Origin: Candidatus Bathyarchaeia archaeon
GTDB lineage: Archaea > Thermoproteota > Bathyarchaeia > 40CM-2-53-6
Assembly: GCA_049517415.1 (NCBI GenBank)
Contig: JBEKSC010000003.1
Coordinates: 89,733-153,732 of the forward strand
Length of the DNA: 64,000 bases
Reading direction: 5' to 3'
Part shown: positions 42,150 through 52,611 of the stretch, in pieces
How the letters are laid out: every line of letters starts with the position of its first letter
How positions within the stretch are numbered: the first letter of the stretch is position 1
Made by a program: the position numbers and the translations under genes
Notes under the pieces: generated by a model
The model's database searches: none
Told to the model about the DNA's origin: nothing
The model's input: the letters and a program-made list of their open reading frames with translations, nothing else

Positions 42150-43565
42150 TTGAGACAAATTGATGTCGATGCGCTCAGGAGTCGACTGAAGGGACGGGCC
42201 TTCACTCCCGCTGATTCTGAGTTTAATGAAATCGCTTTTGGTGGTCTCTGGAACGAACTTCGACCCGATCGGCATCCCCAACTGATCGTGCGTGTTGTCA
42301 ACGACAATGATGTTATTGAAACGATAAATTTCGCTCGGTCGAACGGCATAAAAGTTGTAGTACGTGGCGGCGGACACAACTGGTGCGCTCCATCATTGAG
42401 AAACAGTGGCATAATGATCGATCTGCACAATCTCAATCAGGTTGTATCCATTGATCCTGATGCGCGAAAGGCTGTGGTTCAACCGATCATTAGCAACCGC
42501 GAGATGATCCAATATTTGAGCAAATACAACCTTGCCTACCCGAACGGACACTGCCCCGAGGTCAAGTTGAGTGGCTATCTGCTCAGCGGTGGCATGTCGT
42601 GGAATCAGGGAGAATGGGGCCCGGCTATCGGCAGTGTAGAAGCCATTGAGATGGTTACAGCCAACGGGGAGTTGATCACTGCTTCGAAAGATCAGAATAC
42701 TGATTATTTCTGGGCAGCGAGGGGCGCAGGTCCAGGGTTGTTCGCAGTTGCTTTAAGATATCACCTGAAATTGTATCCGCTCCCGAAAGCGATCACGACG
42801 AGCGCCTACTATTATCCGATGGAAAATCTTGTAGAAGTCGCGGATTGGCTTGGCTCAGTTACACACAGATTACCAAATAATGTCGAGCTGAGTTTCTTCT
42901 TGCTAAATGCTCCAGCAGAAATTGCCGACAAATGCAAGGCGAGCAACGGAAAAGTCTCCATGATCACCGCCACCATGTTCGCCGAAACACCGGATGAAGC
43001 GAAACCAGTATTGGCTATTCTCGAAGAATGCCCATTGTTGTCGAAGTGCATAAAGAAGGATGTTTGCAAACCCGCTACGTTCGAACAGCTCTTCGATGCT
43101 TCCGGTGCCTTATGGCCGGCACATCTGCGCAACACGGTCGATGCAATGTTCTCGAACGCCACATTACCAGAAATTTGTGGTTCGGTGCGTGATCACTTCG
43201 AAGCGTCACCTTCGAACCTAAATCTTCTCTTGTTCACCGTATTTACGGGCGAGAATGTTCCGGCGAAACTTCCCGACGCGGCCTTTTCGATGACCGCCAA
43301 GTTCTACGGCGGACCGTGGACAATGTGGGAAAATGCGGCCGATGATAAGACGAACATTGCCTGGCATCGCAAGTGCGTTGACCTGCTTGAACCGCATATG
43401 ATGGGACATTACGTGTCGGAGTCGAACACTGTTCAGTTCCCTGAATTCGTGGAGAAGTCATACACGAAATCGAATTGGGATCGCTTGGCTGAGTTGAGGA
43501 AAAAGTATGATCCCACCGGAGTATTCTTCGCATACTCAGATGGATTGACTGCGAACGCGGAATGA
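42150..43565 (+). CDS. FAD-linked oxidase (VAO/BBE family)
   Basis: RGGGH FAD site, WAARGAG, RL..L.KKYDP.G.F tail. Confidence 0.88.
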   Translation: MRQIDVDALRSRLKGRAFTPADSEFNEIAFGGLWNELRPDRHPQLIVRVVNDNDVIETINFARSNGIKVVVRGGGHNWCAPSLRNSGIMIDLHNLNQVVSIDPDARKAVVQPIISNREMIQYLSKYNLAYPNGHCPEVKLSGYLLSGGMSWNQGEWGPAIGSVEAIEMVTANGELITASKDQNTDYFWAARGAGPGLFAVALRYHLKLYPLPKAITTSAYYYPMENLVEVADWLGSVTHRLPNNVELSFFLLNAPAEIADKCKASNGKVSMITATMFAETPDEAKPVLAILEECPLLSKCIKKDVCKPATFEQLFDASGALWPAHLRNTVDAMFSNATLPEICGSVRDHFEASPSNLNLLLFTVFTGENVPAKLPDAAFSMTAKFYGGPWTMWENAADDKTNIAWHRKCVDLLEPHMMGHYVSESNTVQFPEFVEKSYTKSNWDRLAELRKKYDPTGVFFAYSDGLTANAE

Positions 43566-43726
43566 CCGCGGCCACAAGAAATCACAAAGGGAATTAACGA
43601 AGCCCTGAAAGAACAGGAATAACGATAGTCTGCGTGAGTACTACACGCAAGTTGCGAGTTTGTCGTATTCTTTTTGGACGGCTATAGCTTCGTCAAGTTT
43701 GTCTCTCACTGTAGTGAGTATGTCGA

Positions 43727-44026
43727 GTGGTCCTTGAATTGGAATTTGTTGACAACGCGCTCTTGGCGATGCATGGAATGCAAGCAAAGACAGATACAAG
43801 TACACCAGTTCTTCACCCGATAAAATGTCCACGATGCAGCCAGTCAAACGTAGCTGAATCGGGTTTTTGCTCAAAGTGTGGGTTGCCGCTGCAATTGAAA
43901 GTTGCCATGGAAGCTGAACAAAAACGAACAGAGGCGGACAGGTTGATGTCGCTCCTGCTTGATGATAATGAGGTGCGGCAGCTCATCGTCTCAAAATTGC
44001 GTGGAATGAACTTGACAAACATCTAG
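43727..44026 (+). pseudogene. C-terminal remnant of an archaeal tyrosine integrase (Zn-ribbon tail)
   Basis: VDNALLAMHG followed by CPRC...N......CSKCGLPL, resembling the tail after the catalytic Tyr of archaeal XerC-like integrases; no catalytic core upstream. Confidence 0.55.
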
Positions 44027-44302
44027 GCGAAAAGATGACTCAGCAGAGTAGGTTTCATTATTTTCGCTACGATCTGTCAAGTGTGGCGGACATAATTGCG
44101 CGACTTGAATCGCACTCAAAGTTCAACTCCAGCCGAGAAAAGGTGACGTTACCTTAACGGTTGACCGTCGAAGGTAAAACGCCTGCTGAGCAAGCGGGGA
44201 TAGAGGAACTGAGGAGTCTCTCAATCTCCGTACATTAATGTCCCATAATGCGAACACTAATATACCAGCGTCCATGCAATATAGTGCAGGAGAAATGTTA
44301 CT

Positions 44303-44776
44303 TTGAACACGGAAACCAGAAAGCTTACGCTTGCAGTCCTGCTCGCAGTCGTTTCAATCCTCGCGATTCAGCCTGCTTTGGTTCACGCGACCTCGCAAAC
44401 GGTAACGATCATAGCCCGAGGCAGCGCGACCTCGACAACCAGCACCGTTTCACCCAGCGCAAGAATCTACCTGAGAGGGATGGCGAACCTAAACGGTGGA
44501 AATATACAGCTCACCCAAATGAGCGGTATATTGCAAATCGGCCCAGTGTTTTACACGGTAATCAGAGGCCAGGGCCAAACCAACAGCCAGACCAACACTT
44601 TTCAGCTCAATTTGCAGGTAGGCGGAAATAATCCCGGGTCACTCGTACTTCAAGGGTACGCGACCCTAGGAGAAGGATACACCGTACTATTCACTCCACA
44701 ACAGAGCAACCTAGAAGGCCAATACTCACTCTGGCTGTACGGAGACCTTTTGATCACCCAGACGCCCTACAGCTAG
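44303..44776 (+). CDS. Secreted beta-rich hypothetical protein
   Basis: Signal peptide (RKLTLAVLLAVVSILA..VHA). Confidence 0.65.
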   Translation: MNTETRKLTLAVLLAVVSILAIQPALVHATSQTVTIIARGSATSTTSTVSPSARIYLRGMANLNGGNIQLTQMSGILQIGPVFYTVIRGQGQTNSQTNTFQLNLQVGGNNPGSLVLQGYATLGEGYTVLFTPQQSNLEGQYSLWLYGDLLITQTPYS

Positions 44777-44802
44777 AAGTCTCAGACTTAGCTTCGTTTC
44801 CC

Positions 44803-44823
44803 CTATTTTTTCTCCTTTTTTTT
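44803..44823 (+). terminator. T-rich archaeal-type terminator
   Basis: TATTTTTTCTCCTTTTTTTT just downstream of ORF 44303-44776. Confidence 0.5.
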
Positions 44824-44955
44824 ACGAGCCTCTATCTCGCTGGGTTTCGAGGTTTTCGGTTATCAACGGATTGGTAACAGCCACAAGAATTTCGGCCGTC
44901 AACCGACAACCTTACGTTACCCCTTTTCGCACAGAGCCCTTAGGCTTTCACGCGG

Positions 44956-45159
44956 TTACTTTCTTCTCGCACCGACGACGGTCAATGTAAGACCGCCTAA
45001 CAGGAGGAATATCCACTCCGTATCGACATGCTTTACGGTTCCTGTAAGGCCCGCCAACAGTAGTAATACCCCTGCTACCATGATCCCCTTATCCATATGC
45101 AAACCAATTTCGTGTAACCAAGAGTAGTTATTTACCGATGCCTTTGAAGCGTTCAACAA
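44956..45159 (-). CDS. Small membrane protein
   Basis: Two TM segments. Confidence 0.45.
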   Translation of the reverse strand: MLNASKASVNNYSWLHEIGLHMDKGIMVAGVLLLLAGLTGTVKHVDTEWIFLLLGGLTLTVVGARRK

Positions 45160-45390
45160 CTGGGATTATCGGCGTAACTGCGAACCATTTTCTTCTGTTT
45201 ATTCGATAACGTCCGTCGAAAACATTGACCTGGACACTGAGAGAACGTTCGTCATCTACGAACCCCGTAATCCTATCTAAATTCAATCTCAGTCACGAAA
45301 CCAACGACAAGTGGTTTCTGGTATAGAAAAATTGGGGGGGCGGTATCACTGATGCGACCGTCCAAATTTGAACCGTCGTCGTACGTCTAG

Positions 45391-45428
45391 GTGTGTGTGG
45401 GTATAGTGGTGCGCGCACACACACACAC
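45391..45428 (+). repeat. Site D junction (core 45400-45413)
   Basis: GTGTGTGTG|GGTATAGTGGTGCG|CGCACACACACACAC. Confidence 0.92.
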
Positions 45429-45447
45429 TTTCTGACGTAGGAACGAC

Positions 45448-45486
45448 GATCCTAATTACGATGGCCGCACCAATAGATACACACAC
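45448..45486 (+). repeat. Site E: internal degenerate tRNA mimic + core + CA tract
   Basis: GATCCTAATTACGATGGC|CGCACCAATAGATA|CACACAC. Confidence 0.75.
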
Positions 45487-45524
45487 GAAAGAGCGGTTAC
45501 CCGTCTTTGCCGGTTACGATGACT

Positions 45525-47264
45525 CTAGATAGGTGACGATTTCTCAGTCACTTCGAAGTCGGCGATGAATCCTGATTCTTTGAGGGCATTAAGAACTTTC
45601 GTCATTTCCTCACTGTGGGTACCTGCGTAAGCAGTCTTTCTTAATTGAAAAGCGATATGATATATCGTTTCATCAGCTGTCCGAGAGTAAGAAGCTAAGA
45701 TCATCTTTCTCCCTTTGGCGGGTCTTAGCCATTTGCCATTTTCACTCCCCATGTGTGCCCTAAAGGAGTCACTTCCTCCTAGCAAAGGTGCAATTCTGGG
45801 AAAGAATACACTGTGCAAAACGCTTGCTATGGGGTCTCCAAATACCCGGATTCCACCGAAGGTAGGTTTTAATCCTAATTCAATGTCGACGTCTGATCGA
45901 AGGGTCGCAGAATACTTGAAGTATGATGCAATCCATCGATCTTCTACTTGGTAAAGAGATCTTTTAGTGAAGCCTGACCTCAGAACATGGATCGAAAGAC
46001 GTGAACCCTTCAGGACGATTGAGGCCATAATATCATCTATTTTGTTGGCTGAAATGGATACTTCCTGGATCCTCTCGATAATCGTACCGATTGGAACGTC
46101 TTGAAGCTTGTCTCCCAGTTCATTGAGCACCGTAAGAAGCGCAATCTCGTTGACTGTAGCACCGAATTGGCACGCAGATAGAATCCTCATTACAACTGCT
46201 TCGTTAACGTCGAGAACACTTACGAATGAATCATATTCTTTTGTTCCCCTGAGCTGCTTCATGGCTTCATCTAACAGTGGCTTTTCGAATTTCATGAAGA
46301 GAGTAACATGCTTAGGACCAACCTCGATCCTCTCAACCGCAATATCATATGCGAAATGACAGAGCAAATTGATTTCAAATGGCATTCGATCTGTCGTTCT
46401 CTTGACTATACCGTCAAAGCCGCCATGAACTACTTCGAACGTAAGACCTTGCTTTACGAACTCGGCTCGTGGGAAAGCTAATGGCTTACTGATTGCATCG
46501 TCGACTATGCTCTCATTTGGATACGGTCCTAGCTCGATTTTATAAAAGAATCGGGGAAACGGCGAGAAGACATCACTTGCTTGCTCCAACAGTTTTGTGC
46601 TACCTGCAATCGTAAGACACATTCCAGGCATGTCCTGGAACACATTTCTGAGAATTTCCATCAGTGTCCTATTTGTAGTCAAATGATCGCCTTCGTCGAA
46701 CATTAGAACCACTCCTTTGCGATTCACGGTATCCTCTTTCAGCAACTTCACGAAATCGGTTAGACCGTCTCGCAAGATGATGTATGGAAATTGAGTGTTC
46801 TGAATTTCTTTGGCCTTCACAAGAAATGAGATTCCGGGAATCTGAATGCCGACCTCGTCTACGGAAGCGATGCCCTTCAGCGCCTCCCAAATCTTTGTAC
46901 CTGTAGTCTTGTCAATTAGTCCAGTTTCCGATGCTACTCTACTAAGTTCCGTCAATATAGTTCTGAAGAGCCGTAGTTCCTCTCCAGGTTTTACCATGTC
47001 TTCAGATAGGGGAAGCCGAGCGTAAGCTACTTTTCTTTCGGAAAGGTCCCGGGACAATGCGTCCAAGAAACTTGTCTTGCCTGAGCCTCTTCCGCCAATG
47101 ACAAGCAACCCGCCAACGGTGCCCCTTAATATCTGCTCACAGGCTATCACTGCATTCTTTATTTCGATCTCGCGATCAAAGAAAAGCTCTTTGCGGCTAA
47201 GCGGACCTAGATACTGGTAAGGATTCGCTATCCTAACCGATTCGATCAGATTGTTGAGTGACAG
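45525..47264 (-). CDS. Archaeal-ATPase/STAND-like P-loop NTPase (frame open upstream to CTG at 47264; ORF track starts 47150)
   Basis: Upstream in-frame NPY...FFDRE.E, Walker A GGRGSGKTS, Walker B LMFDEGD. Confidence 0.75.
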   Translation of the reverse strand: MSLNNLIESVRIANPYQYLGPLSRKELFFDREIEIKNAVIACEQILRGTVGGLLVIGGRGSGKTSFLDALSRDLSERKVAYARLPLSEDMVKPGEELRLFRTILTELSRVASETGLIDKTTGTKIWEALKGIASVDEVGIQIPGISFLVKAKEIQNTQFPYIILRDGLTDFVKLLKEDTVNRKGVVLMFDEGDHLTTNRTLMEILRNVFQDMPGMCLTIAGSTKLLEQASDVFSPFPRFFYKIELGPYPNESIVDDAISKPLAFPRAEFVKQGLTFEVVHGGFDGIVKRTTDRMPFEINLLCHFAYDIAVERIEVGPKHVTLFMKFEKPLLDEAMKQLRGTKEYDSFVSVLDVNEAVVMRILSACQFGATVNEIALLTVLNELGDKLQDVPIGTIIERIQEVSISANKIDDIMASIVLKGSRLSIHVLRSGFTKRSLYQVEDRWIASYFKYSATLRSDVDIELGLKPTFGGIRVFGDPIASVLHSVFFPRIAPLLGGSDSFRAHMGSENGKWLRPAKGRKMILASYSRTADETIYHIAFQLRKTAYAGTHSEEMTKVLNALKESGFIADFEVTEKSSPI

Positions 47265-47465
47265 ATGCTTTCACGCAAGGTTATTCGTATACGTGCAATC
47301 CTTTTTCTCTTTCGGAACGGGTAAATCCTGAGAGGACTTCCAGGCTCCGTAAGTACGACAGGAATGAAATACATCGTTCAGGATGCTCTGCTGAAACTAT
47401 TAGCACCTGTGTATCATTACTGCCGCGACGGGGGTTATTTGGCCAAGCGTCGTCAGTCGTTCTTT

Positions 47466-47497
47466 GTGTGTGTGGGTCCAATGGTGCGCACACACAC
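47466..47497 (+). repeat. Site F junction (core 47475-47488)
   Basis: GTGTGTGTG|GGTCCAATGGTGCG|CACACACAC. Confidence 0.92.
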
Positions 47498-47642
47498 AAT
47501 AACGGCATGAACGAAGGGTCCGATTTCTGACGCTCGCACCAGTGATGACATACACTAAAGGAGAAAAATGAAGCATCGCATGAGATAATTGCAGGTAACC
47601 ATCATTTCGCTCGCCTGATATCAAAAAACGACTTCGGATAGA

Positions 47643-48296
47643 CTAATCACGTACGCGTGCCCGTTCGAACAGCTTCAGTAGCAAATCGACAGTCAGGATG
47701 ATCTCAAAGCTCTCGACGTCGCTTTCGTTACCGGTTAGGTGATGCGAACTTGGATTTCTAAAGGACCCGAATATTCCTCTTAGTATTAGAAAGTATGATT
47801 CCCTCTCGCTTTCAGTTTCTCCAACGTATAGTCTTCCGGACTTTGGGTTAAATGCATAATCAATCAGTTGCTGCCCATAGACATCGAATTGGGCGCCGGA
47901 CTTGGCACGAATTTTCTCCTCTAAGACTACGAAGGCATTCGTGATAACGTCGTGGTAGTCCTTATCTTTACAACGTTCGAAAAGTAAAGAATCTATAATG
48001 CTCCGGTATTGCCGCAGTGCCGCTCCTGTTAATGGAGGCGCCTTCAGGTCTACTTCGAAATTAGTATTTTGCGTAACTTGGACTGACTTGACATAACCTC
48101 GGATAGGTGGATTAAGATCTGTAGGTCCTCGTGACATAGTCGCCCCTTCGATTCGACTTCGATAATCTACTCCCGTCGTAATATTCCTGACAAGAGTTGC
48201 TCTCAACTCCATGCCGCTAGATTGAATCCCTCGCACAATCTCTATTTCATCTCCTACGCTAATCCTAAGGTCAGTGCCATCCCACATTACTTTCAT
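47643..48296 (-). CDS. TIGR02391-like domain protein
   Basis: AF..LE.KIR, G..L...AF, G.FG.FRNP.SH motif. Confidence 0.7.
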   Translation of the reverse strand: MKVMWDGTDLRISVGDEIEIVRGIQSSGMELRATLVRNITTGVDYRSRIEGATMSRGPTDLNPPIRGYVKSVQVTQNTNFEVDLKAPPLTGAALRQYRSIIDSLLFERCKDKDYHDVITNAFVVLEEKIRAKSGAQFDVYGQQLIDYAFNPKSGRLYVGETESERESYFLILRGIFGSFRNPSSHHLTGNESDVESFEIILTVDLLLKLFERARVRD

Positions 48297-48364
48297 TTGA
48301 CCTACCCCGCAGTGGAAAGTTCCTCGTAATCTACGATCGGTCCATAAATTTCCAAAGCAGTCAC

Positions 48365-49606
48365 CTACTGATCCGATTTTCGTAAGTCTTGCTCAACTTC
48401 GAAGTATGCTAGGGCATGACTCTTCTTACCCAACTTAGAAAGTACCTCAGCAGATTGCTCCACAAAGGGGATCGCAACAAGACCACCGAGGGCAGCGCCT
48501 GTCAGCAATCCGATATAACCCGGTAGAGCATTGCCTACTGCTCCACCAAGGATGCCTAGCGATGCATGAATCATCCTTGTTGATAGTTTTCTGGTTCTAG
48601 CGATCTCAGCAGAAGCAGCTCGCGCTTCTTCAAAGGCCTTTTCTACGGCTTCTTGTCGGGGAAGTTTCTCAAATTGCCCAGAGGATGCAAAACGATCTAT
48701 CTCGAAAAGCAGCTTTCTGAGTTCTGCGGTCTTTCCCCGAAGTTCCACTACCTGCTCCGAACCAATGTCTTTGATCCATAGTATCTCTAGTTCTCTTACC
48801 AATAGTTTGGCTACCTCAACCGGGAATCTTTCAGCACGAGTAGCGAGGCCGATCTCGGTAGCTAAATGAAAATCCGAAGGCTGAAGAGTTACTACCCCCT
48901 CCATAGCCCTGAATTTCGGGTAGAAAATGAGGAGTTCGTCGAATTTCAGAAGCTCCTCCATCGACAAACGGCTAAGTCGCGAAAGCAGACCTGTGGCTAG
49001 ATCTTCATATCCGAATCCGCATAGAGATGCGTAAGCCGTTGCGAATAGTGGGATAAAGTCTTCCTTTTTCATGGTGCGATAACTAAGTCTCGGCATTGTA
49101 TCTGGAATCAATGATTCCACGAGCGATTTGTTCGTGCGGATCTTCTCAGCAGCCATTTCGAGACATGATTCGAAATAGCCCTCTCCTTTGTTCAAGTCAC
49201 ATATGTTCTTGAGGAAAACCTCTCCGATCATTTCCAAATAGAGAGGCTCTTTTTCTAGAATGGGGTCGAGATAATCTAGACCTACGTATCGTTCAGGGTT
49301 TAGAGTAGTTACAAGTAGGCGTTTCTGACGCCACAAGTCTAACACCAATTCGACTGAAAACCCGTATTCCTTCTTGAAATCCGCTTCCGTATGGTACGGA
49401 CGAAGAACCATGATTAGTTGTTCGAAGAAGGGCATCTGAACTGATATGGGAAGATCAATGAGGCAATTAGAATATGGTGCTTTGAAATCCCAACCAATTA
49501 GGTTCATTATGTTAAATTCTCTATAATCTCGGATGCCTCTCTCCGCCTGTTTTGTTGCGGCGTCTACTTGTTTGTTCACATATTCTTCGACCCATTTCTT
49601 ATCCAT
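48365..49606 (-). CDS. Hypothetical protein with C-terminal hydrophobic hairpin
   Basis: 413-aa ORF. Confidence 0.7.
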   Translation of the reverse strand: MDKKWVEEYVNKQVDAATKQAERGIRDYREFNIMNLIGWDFKAPYSNCLIDLPISVQMPFFEQLIMVLRPYHTEADFKKEYGFSVELVLDLWRQKRLLVTTLNPERYVGLDYLDPILEKEPLYLEMIGEVFLKNICDLNKGEGYFESCLEMAAEKIRTNKSLVESLIPDTMPRLSYRTMKKEDFIPLFATAYASLCGFGYEDLATGLLSRLSRLSMEELLKFDELLIFYPKFRAMEGVVTLQPSDFHLATEIGLATRAERFPVEVAKLLVRELEILWIKDIGSEQVVELRGKTAELRKLLFEIDRFASSGQFEKLPRQEAVEKAFEEARAASAEIARTRKLSTRMIHASLGILGGAVGNALPGYIGLLTGAALGGLVAIPFVEQSAEVLSKLGKKSHALAYFEVEQDLRKSDQ

Positions 49607-49906
49607 TTGCTAACCTACCCAATCTAACAATTATGAGATTTGTCCAGTGCAGAGAATCGAATGAAATATGATCGATCGCCAGCATTAACGATGATGTTTC
49701 GTTGGATATCTGTCAGGGCATCTCTATCATGCCCTGCTCGACATTGCGCACAAGCAGCGCTAGCAGCTCTTTGAGAGCGCCATAAGTGTGATCCTCATAG
49801 TTCTTTGCAATCCATTAGGTAGTCAACTGCGCGTTGGGATCTCCTTAAGAAACGATTTTTGATATCGAGCTTACTGGGTTCGGGCTGAACCTCAAAACAT
49901 CCATTC

Positions 49907-50695
49907 CTAGGTTAGGTTCAATCGCCTCTTCAGATACTTCTCACAATGCATCTCGCTCATGGCAGCCACGCGATCGCGAGTGGCCCTTATTTTTGCTATC
50001 GTCGGACTGAATTCCGTTGTCCTCGTCTCGACCTGCTCAACGAGCGACCTGAGCAACTCTATGCGAGTGGGTCTTCCACCGGCAATGATTTTCTGCACAA
50101 TCTCATCAATGAAAAACGTGGACATCTGCGTATGAGACGTAACACTCGTGAAAGATATCCCGAGAGAAGTTAAGGCTGCTTCAAGCGAAGGTCTGTGCCC
50201 GTATCCTCTAATCACGAGGATCTTGGAGGTAAGATTCTGACTACTAACCTCGGCTAATTGTTGAGCCAACTCTTCATCGCGCGTCTTGTTGAAAGTGGCT
50301 TGCTTGGACAGATTCTCTGTGAGCAATCGGCAAGCTTTTGCTAGTGGCATGTCTTGAAACTTTTGGAGAAAGAGCGGGTAGAATTGAGTGGATACAGCAT
50401 ATAGGGAGTATGGTGAGCGTTCGAGTAAGATGTGTTTTCCACTCCGATAGACCAGGGGCAGCAATCCGTTCGTGAAACCTTGATGAAATTGACCATATCG
50501 TCCTGAGGTGACTTGGAGTACATCGTCAACGATCAGATTCCCTCGTGACAATTCATTAAGTAAATTTAGGTTGCGATCATCCTCCTCTCTGAAATCTTGT
50601 TCAAGCAACACGATGTTCGCATCATCGAAGAGTTGCTTTAGCCTCGGAGTAATTGCTTCCGCTTCATGTGTCGAGAAATAAATGATGATGCTCAA
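49907..50695 (-). CDS. Hypothetical protein
   Basis: 262-aa ORF; IRGYGH motif. Confidence 0.6.
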   Translation of the reverse strand: MSIIIYFSTHEAEAITPRLKQLFDDANIVLLEQDFREEDDRNLNLLNELSRGNLIVDDVLQVTSGRYGQFHQGFTNGLLPLVYRSGKHILLERSPYSLYAVSTQFYPLFLQKFQDMPLAKACRLLTENLSKQATFNKTRDEELAQQLAEVSSQNLTSKILVIRGYGHRPSLEAALTSLGISFTSVTSHTQMSTFFIDEIVQKIIAGGRPTRIELLRSLVEQVETRTTEFSPTIAKIRATRDRVAAMSEMHCEKYLKRRLNLT

Positions 50696-50796
50696 GGATG
50701 CTCACATTTGTCAGGATGAGGTTCACGTTCGTATGTACCATCAGCAAATAACAAACAACATTGAGAGGGAGAGCAAAACTGGTGAACGGTTGGCCG

Positions 50797-52611
50797 TTAG
50801 TTCTTGGACTCTTTCATCTCAGTGATGCAGCCGTGAAGCGCGCCTTCGAGTTCTTCATAGATGAAGTCAAACATCGCCAGTTCGTCATATTTGAATCTCA
50901 TAACTCCAGAGCTGTTCGTAACGTATTCGTAGCTTTTTCCGTCAAGCTCGATATGGTGGTCCTTGAATGCTCGATCTAGTTTAGTCTCAAAATCTTTGTC
51001 TTGACCAGCTTTAAACAATTCAATACGCAAGCCGTTCTCATCTTTGCATCTCAAATAGCATAATGTGATTGATGCAATTGACCCAATTTGATCTTTAGCA
51101 TCGAAGAATGCAATCACTCTCGTAGCGCCCAAAAATGGCAATAGGTTTCCCTTCAGTTGGGGAAAGTTTTGCTCGACAATTCCAGAATATGCTGGAGGTA
51201 GGTTAGTGAAGAGCGCTTGCAAATTTCTTTGAACGCTTTCTGGAGAGTAAGCATCCCAGAAGTATCCGCCGTGAGGGATCCTGGAGTAGTCTGGTGGGTC
51301 ATAGAGACGATGAATTTCTGTAATGTCATTAGAGATCAAGTAGGAATGATATTCCTCGAATAACCCAAGTGGGATGTCTTTGTAGCCGATAGGAATCTTT
51401 GGAACAGGGCCATGGCGCTCTATTCTTGTCGTCACAAGCTCGTCTAATTTCTTCATTTCCTCGGGCATAATGTGATGGCTCAGCATATCGGGATTGAAGT
51501 ATGGTTTGCGGTACAAGCAGTCGAGGGGCGACTTCACTCCATTCCTATTTTCGCGCACCATGAGTCGAACAGCTTCTTCAACCCAGATCGGCAAACGACT
51601 ATAGAACGCAGTTTCTATCTCGGCCAGTGTGTAAGAGCCTTTTTTCTCTAATCCCAACTGCTCTGTGAATCTGTCAATGATCGCGAACATGAACTCTCTG
51701 GCTAAAGCATCGCTCCCTTTATGATCGAGTAGTTTTCCTTCGAATATTTGTCTCATCGATTCCTCTATTACTTCTACTGCATGTTGCTTCGGATGGATCT
51801 TGATCGGATTCTCAACAAAGTATCCCCTAATGCCGTCGATAGACAGCAGGTCTTGGGTTGCATCTATTGTCCTTATCTGCACAGAGTTTTCTTCAGGCTG
51901 GATGGGGTACAGGGTGTAGGTAATTGATTTAGAGGAAAAATCGCGATATGCAAGACCAACCTTCCAAGACCCGGGATAGAATCTTCTCTTTACCAGAGAG
52001 AATGGCCCATCCAGCAAAGCGTTCAACTCGTCCAAGAATTCGTGAATCTCACGAAATCCAGGGCTTGCGGAGCCGGCTGTTGTAAGAGTTGATCTCTTTG
52101 ACAGTTGGCTTAAGGTTACCTGAAGTTTGTCATATTCTCTTAGTTTCCTGTGATGCTCTTGCGAGATAGCAAGCCACTCCACGACATATCTTGTGTCTCT
52201 CCTGTCGATGACTTGAGTCAATGGGAAATGAACTGTAACGGTCTCCTGCCCGCTTGGTGGATTTACGTTCATGGGGACATGGTACCAGTAGGCTTTCTTT
52301 TGATGAACGTTCACGCCGACCAGTAGTACAGGATTGCTTGTTGTTATGGAAGCATACCCAAAGATAGACAATCGAATCTGAAGCTTTGGACTAGTACCAT
52401 AATCGTCCGGTAGTTTCTTGACTTGGATTTCGAGCTTTCCAATTGGACGATGATCTTGGTCGAGTATGTCCAAGTCGCCATCTATATCGGGAACAGTATC
52501 TTGCTGCCGGATATGAAGCATAACCTGATTTTCATCAACCAATTCCCTGAGAGTGTTTATGGCCATCACTTCTTTGATAGCTGTGGGTGGATAAGGCGCG
52601 GGTTTAGTCAA
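50797..52611 (-). CDS. DUF4365-like PD-(D/E)xK nuclease-domain protein
   Basis: N-terminal PDIDG.L...EIQVK, PVLLV.V....AYW. Confidence 0.65.
   Translation of the reverse strand: MTKPAPYPPTAIKEVMAINTLRELVDENQVMLHIRQQDTVPDIDGDLDILDQDHRPIGKLEIQVKKLPDDYGTSPKLQIRLSIFGYASITTSNPVLLVGVNVHQKKAYWYHVPMNVNPPSGQETVTVHFPLTQVIDRRDTRYVVEWLAISQEHHRKLREYDKLQVTLSQLSKRSTLTTAGSASPGFREIHEFLDELNALLDGPFSLVKRRFYPGSWKVGLAYRDFSSKSITYTLYPIQPEENSVQIRTIDATQDLLSIDGIRGYFVENPIKIHPKQHAVEVIEESMRQIFEGKLLDHKGSDALAREFMFAIIDRFTEQLGLEKKGSYTLAEIETAFYSRLPIWVEEAVRLMVRENRNGVKSPLDCLYRKPYFNPDMLSHHIMPEEMKKLDELVTTRIERHGPVPKIPIGYKDIPLGLFEEYHSYLISNDITEIHRLYDPPDYSRIPHGGYFWDAYSPESVQRNLQALFTNLPPAYSGIVEQNFPQLKGNLLPFLGATRVIAFFDAKDQIGSIASITLCYLRCKDENGLRIELFKAGQDKDFETKLDRAFKDHHIELDGKSYEYVTNSSGVMRFKYDELAMFDFIYEELEGALHGCITEMKESKN

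Larger units (their letters stand above)
39314..45399. mobile_element. Cassette II (6086 bp)
   Basis: Bounded by cores B and D; internal end-like motif at 39515-39545 is an inverted match to the D-left end. Confidence 0.65.
45414..47474. mobile_element. Cassette III (2061 bp), single ATPase gene
   Basis: Bounded by cores D and F. Confidence 0.65.

Noticed and set aside
45391..45428. GT tracts as random microsatellites or assembly artefacts
   Set aside because: They nearly always abut the same 14-bp core at gene boundaries and carry conserved subterminal motifs.
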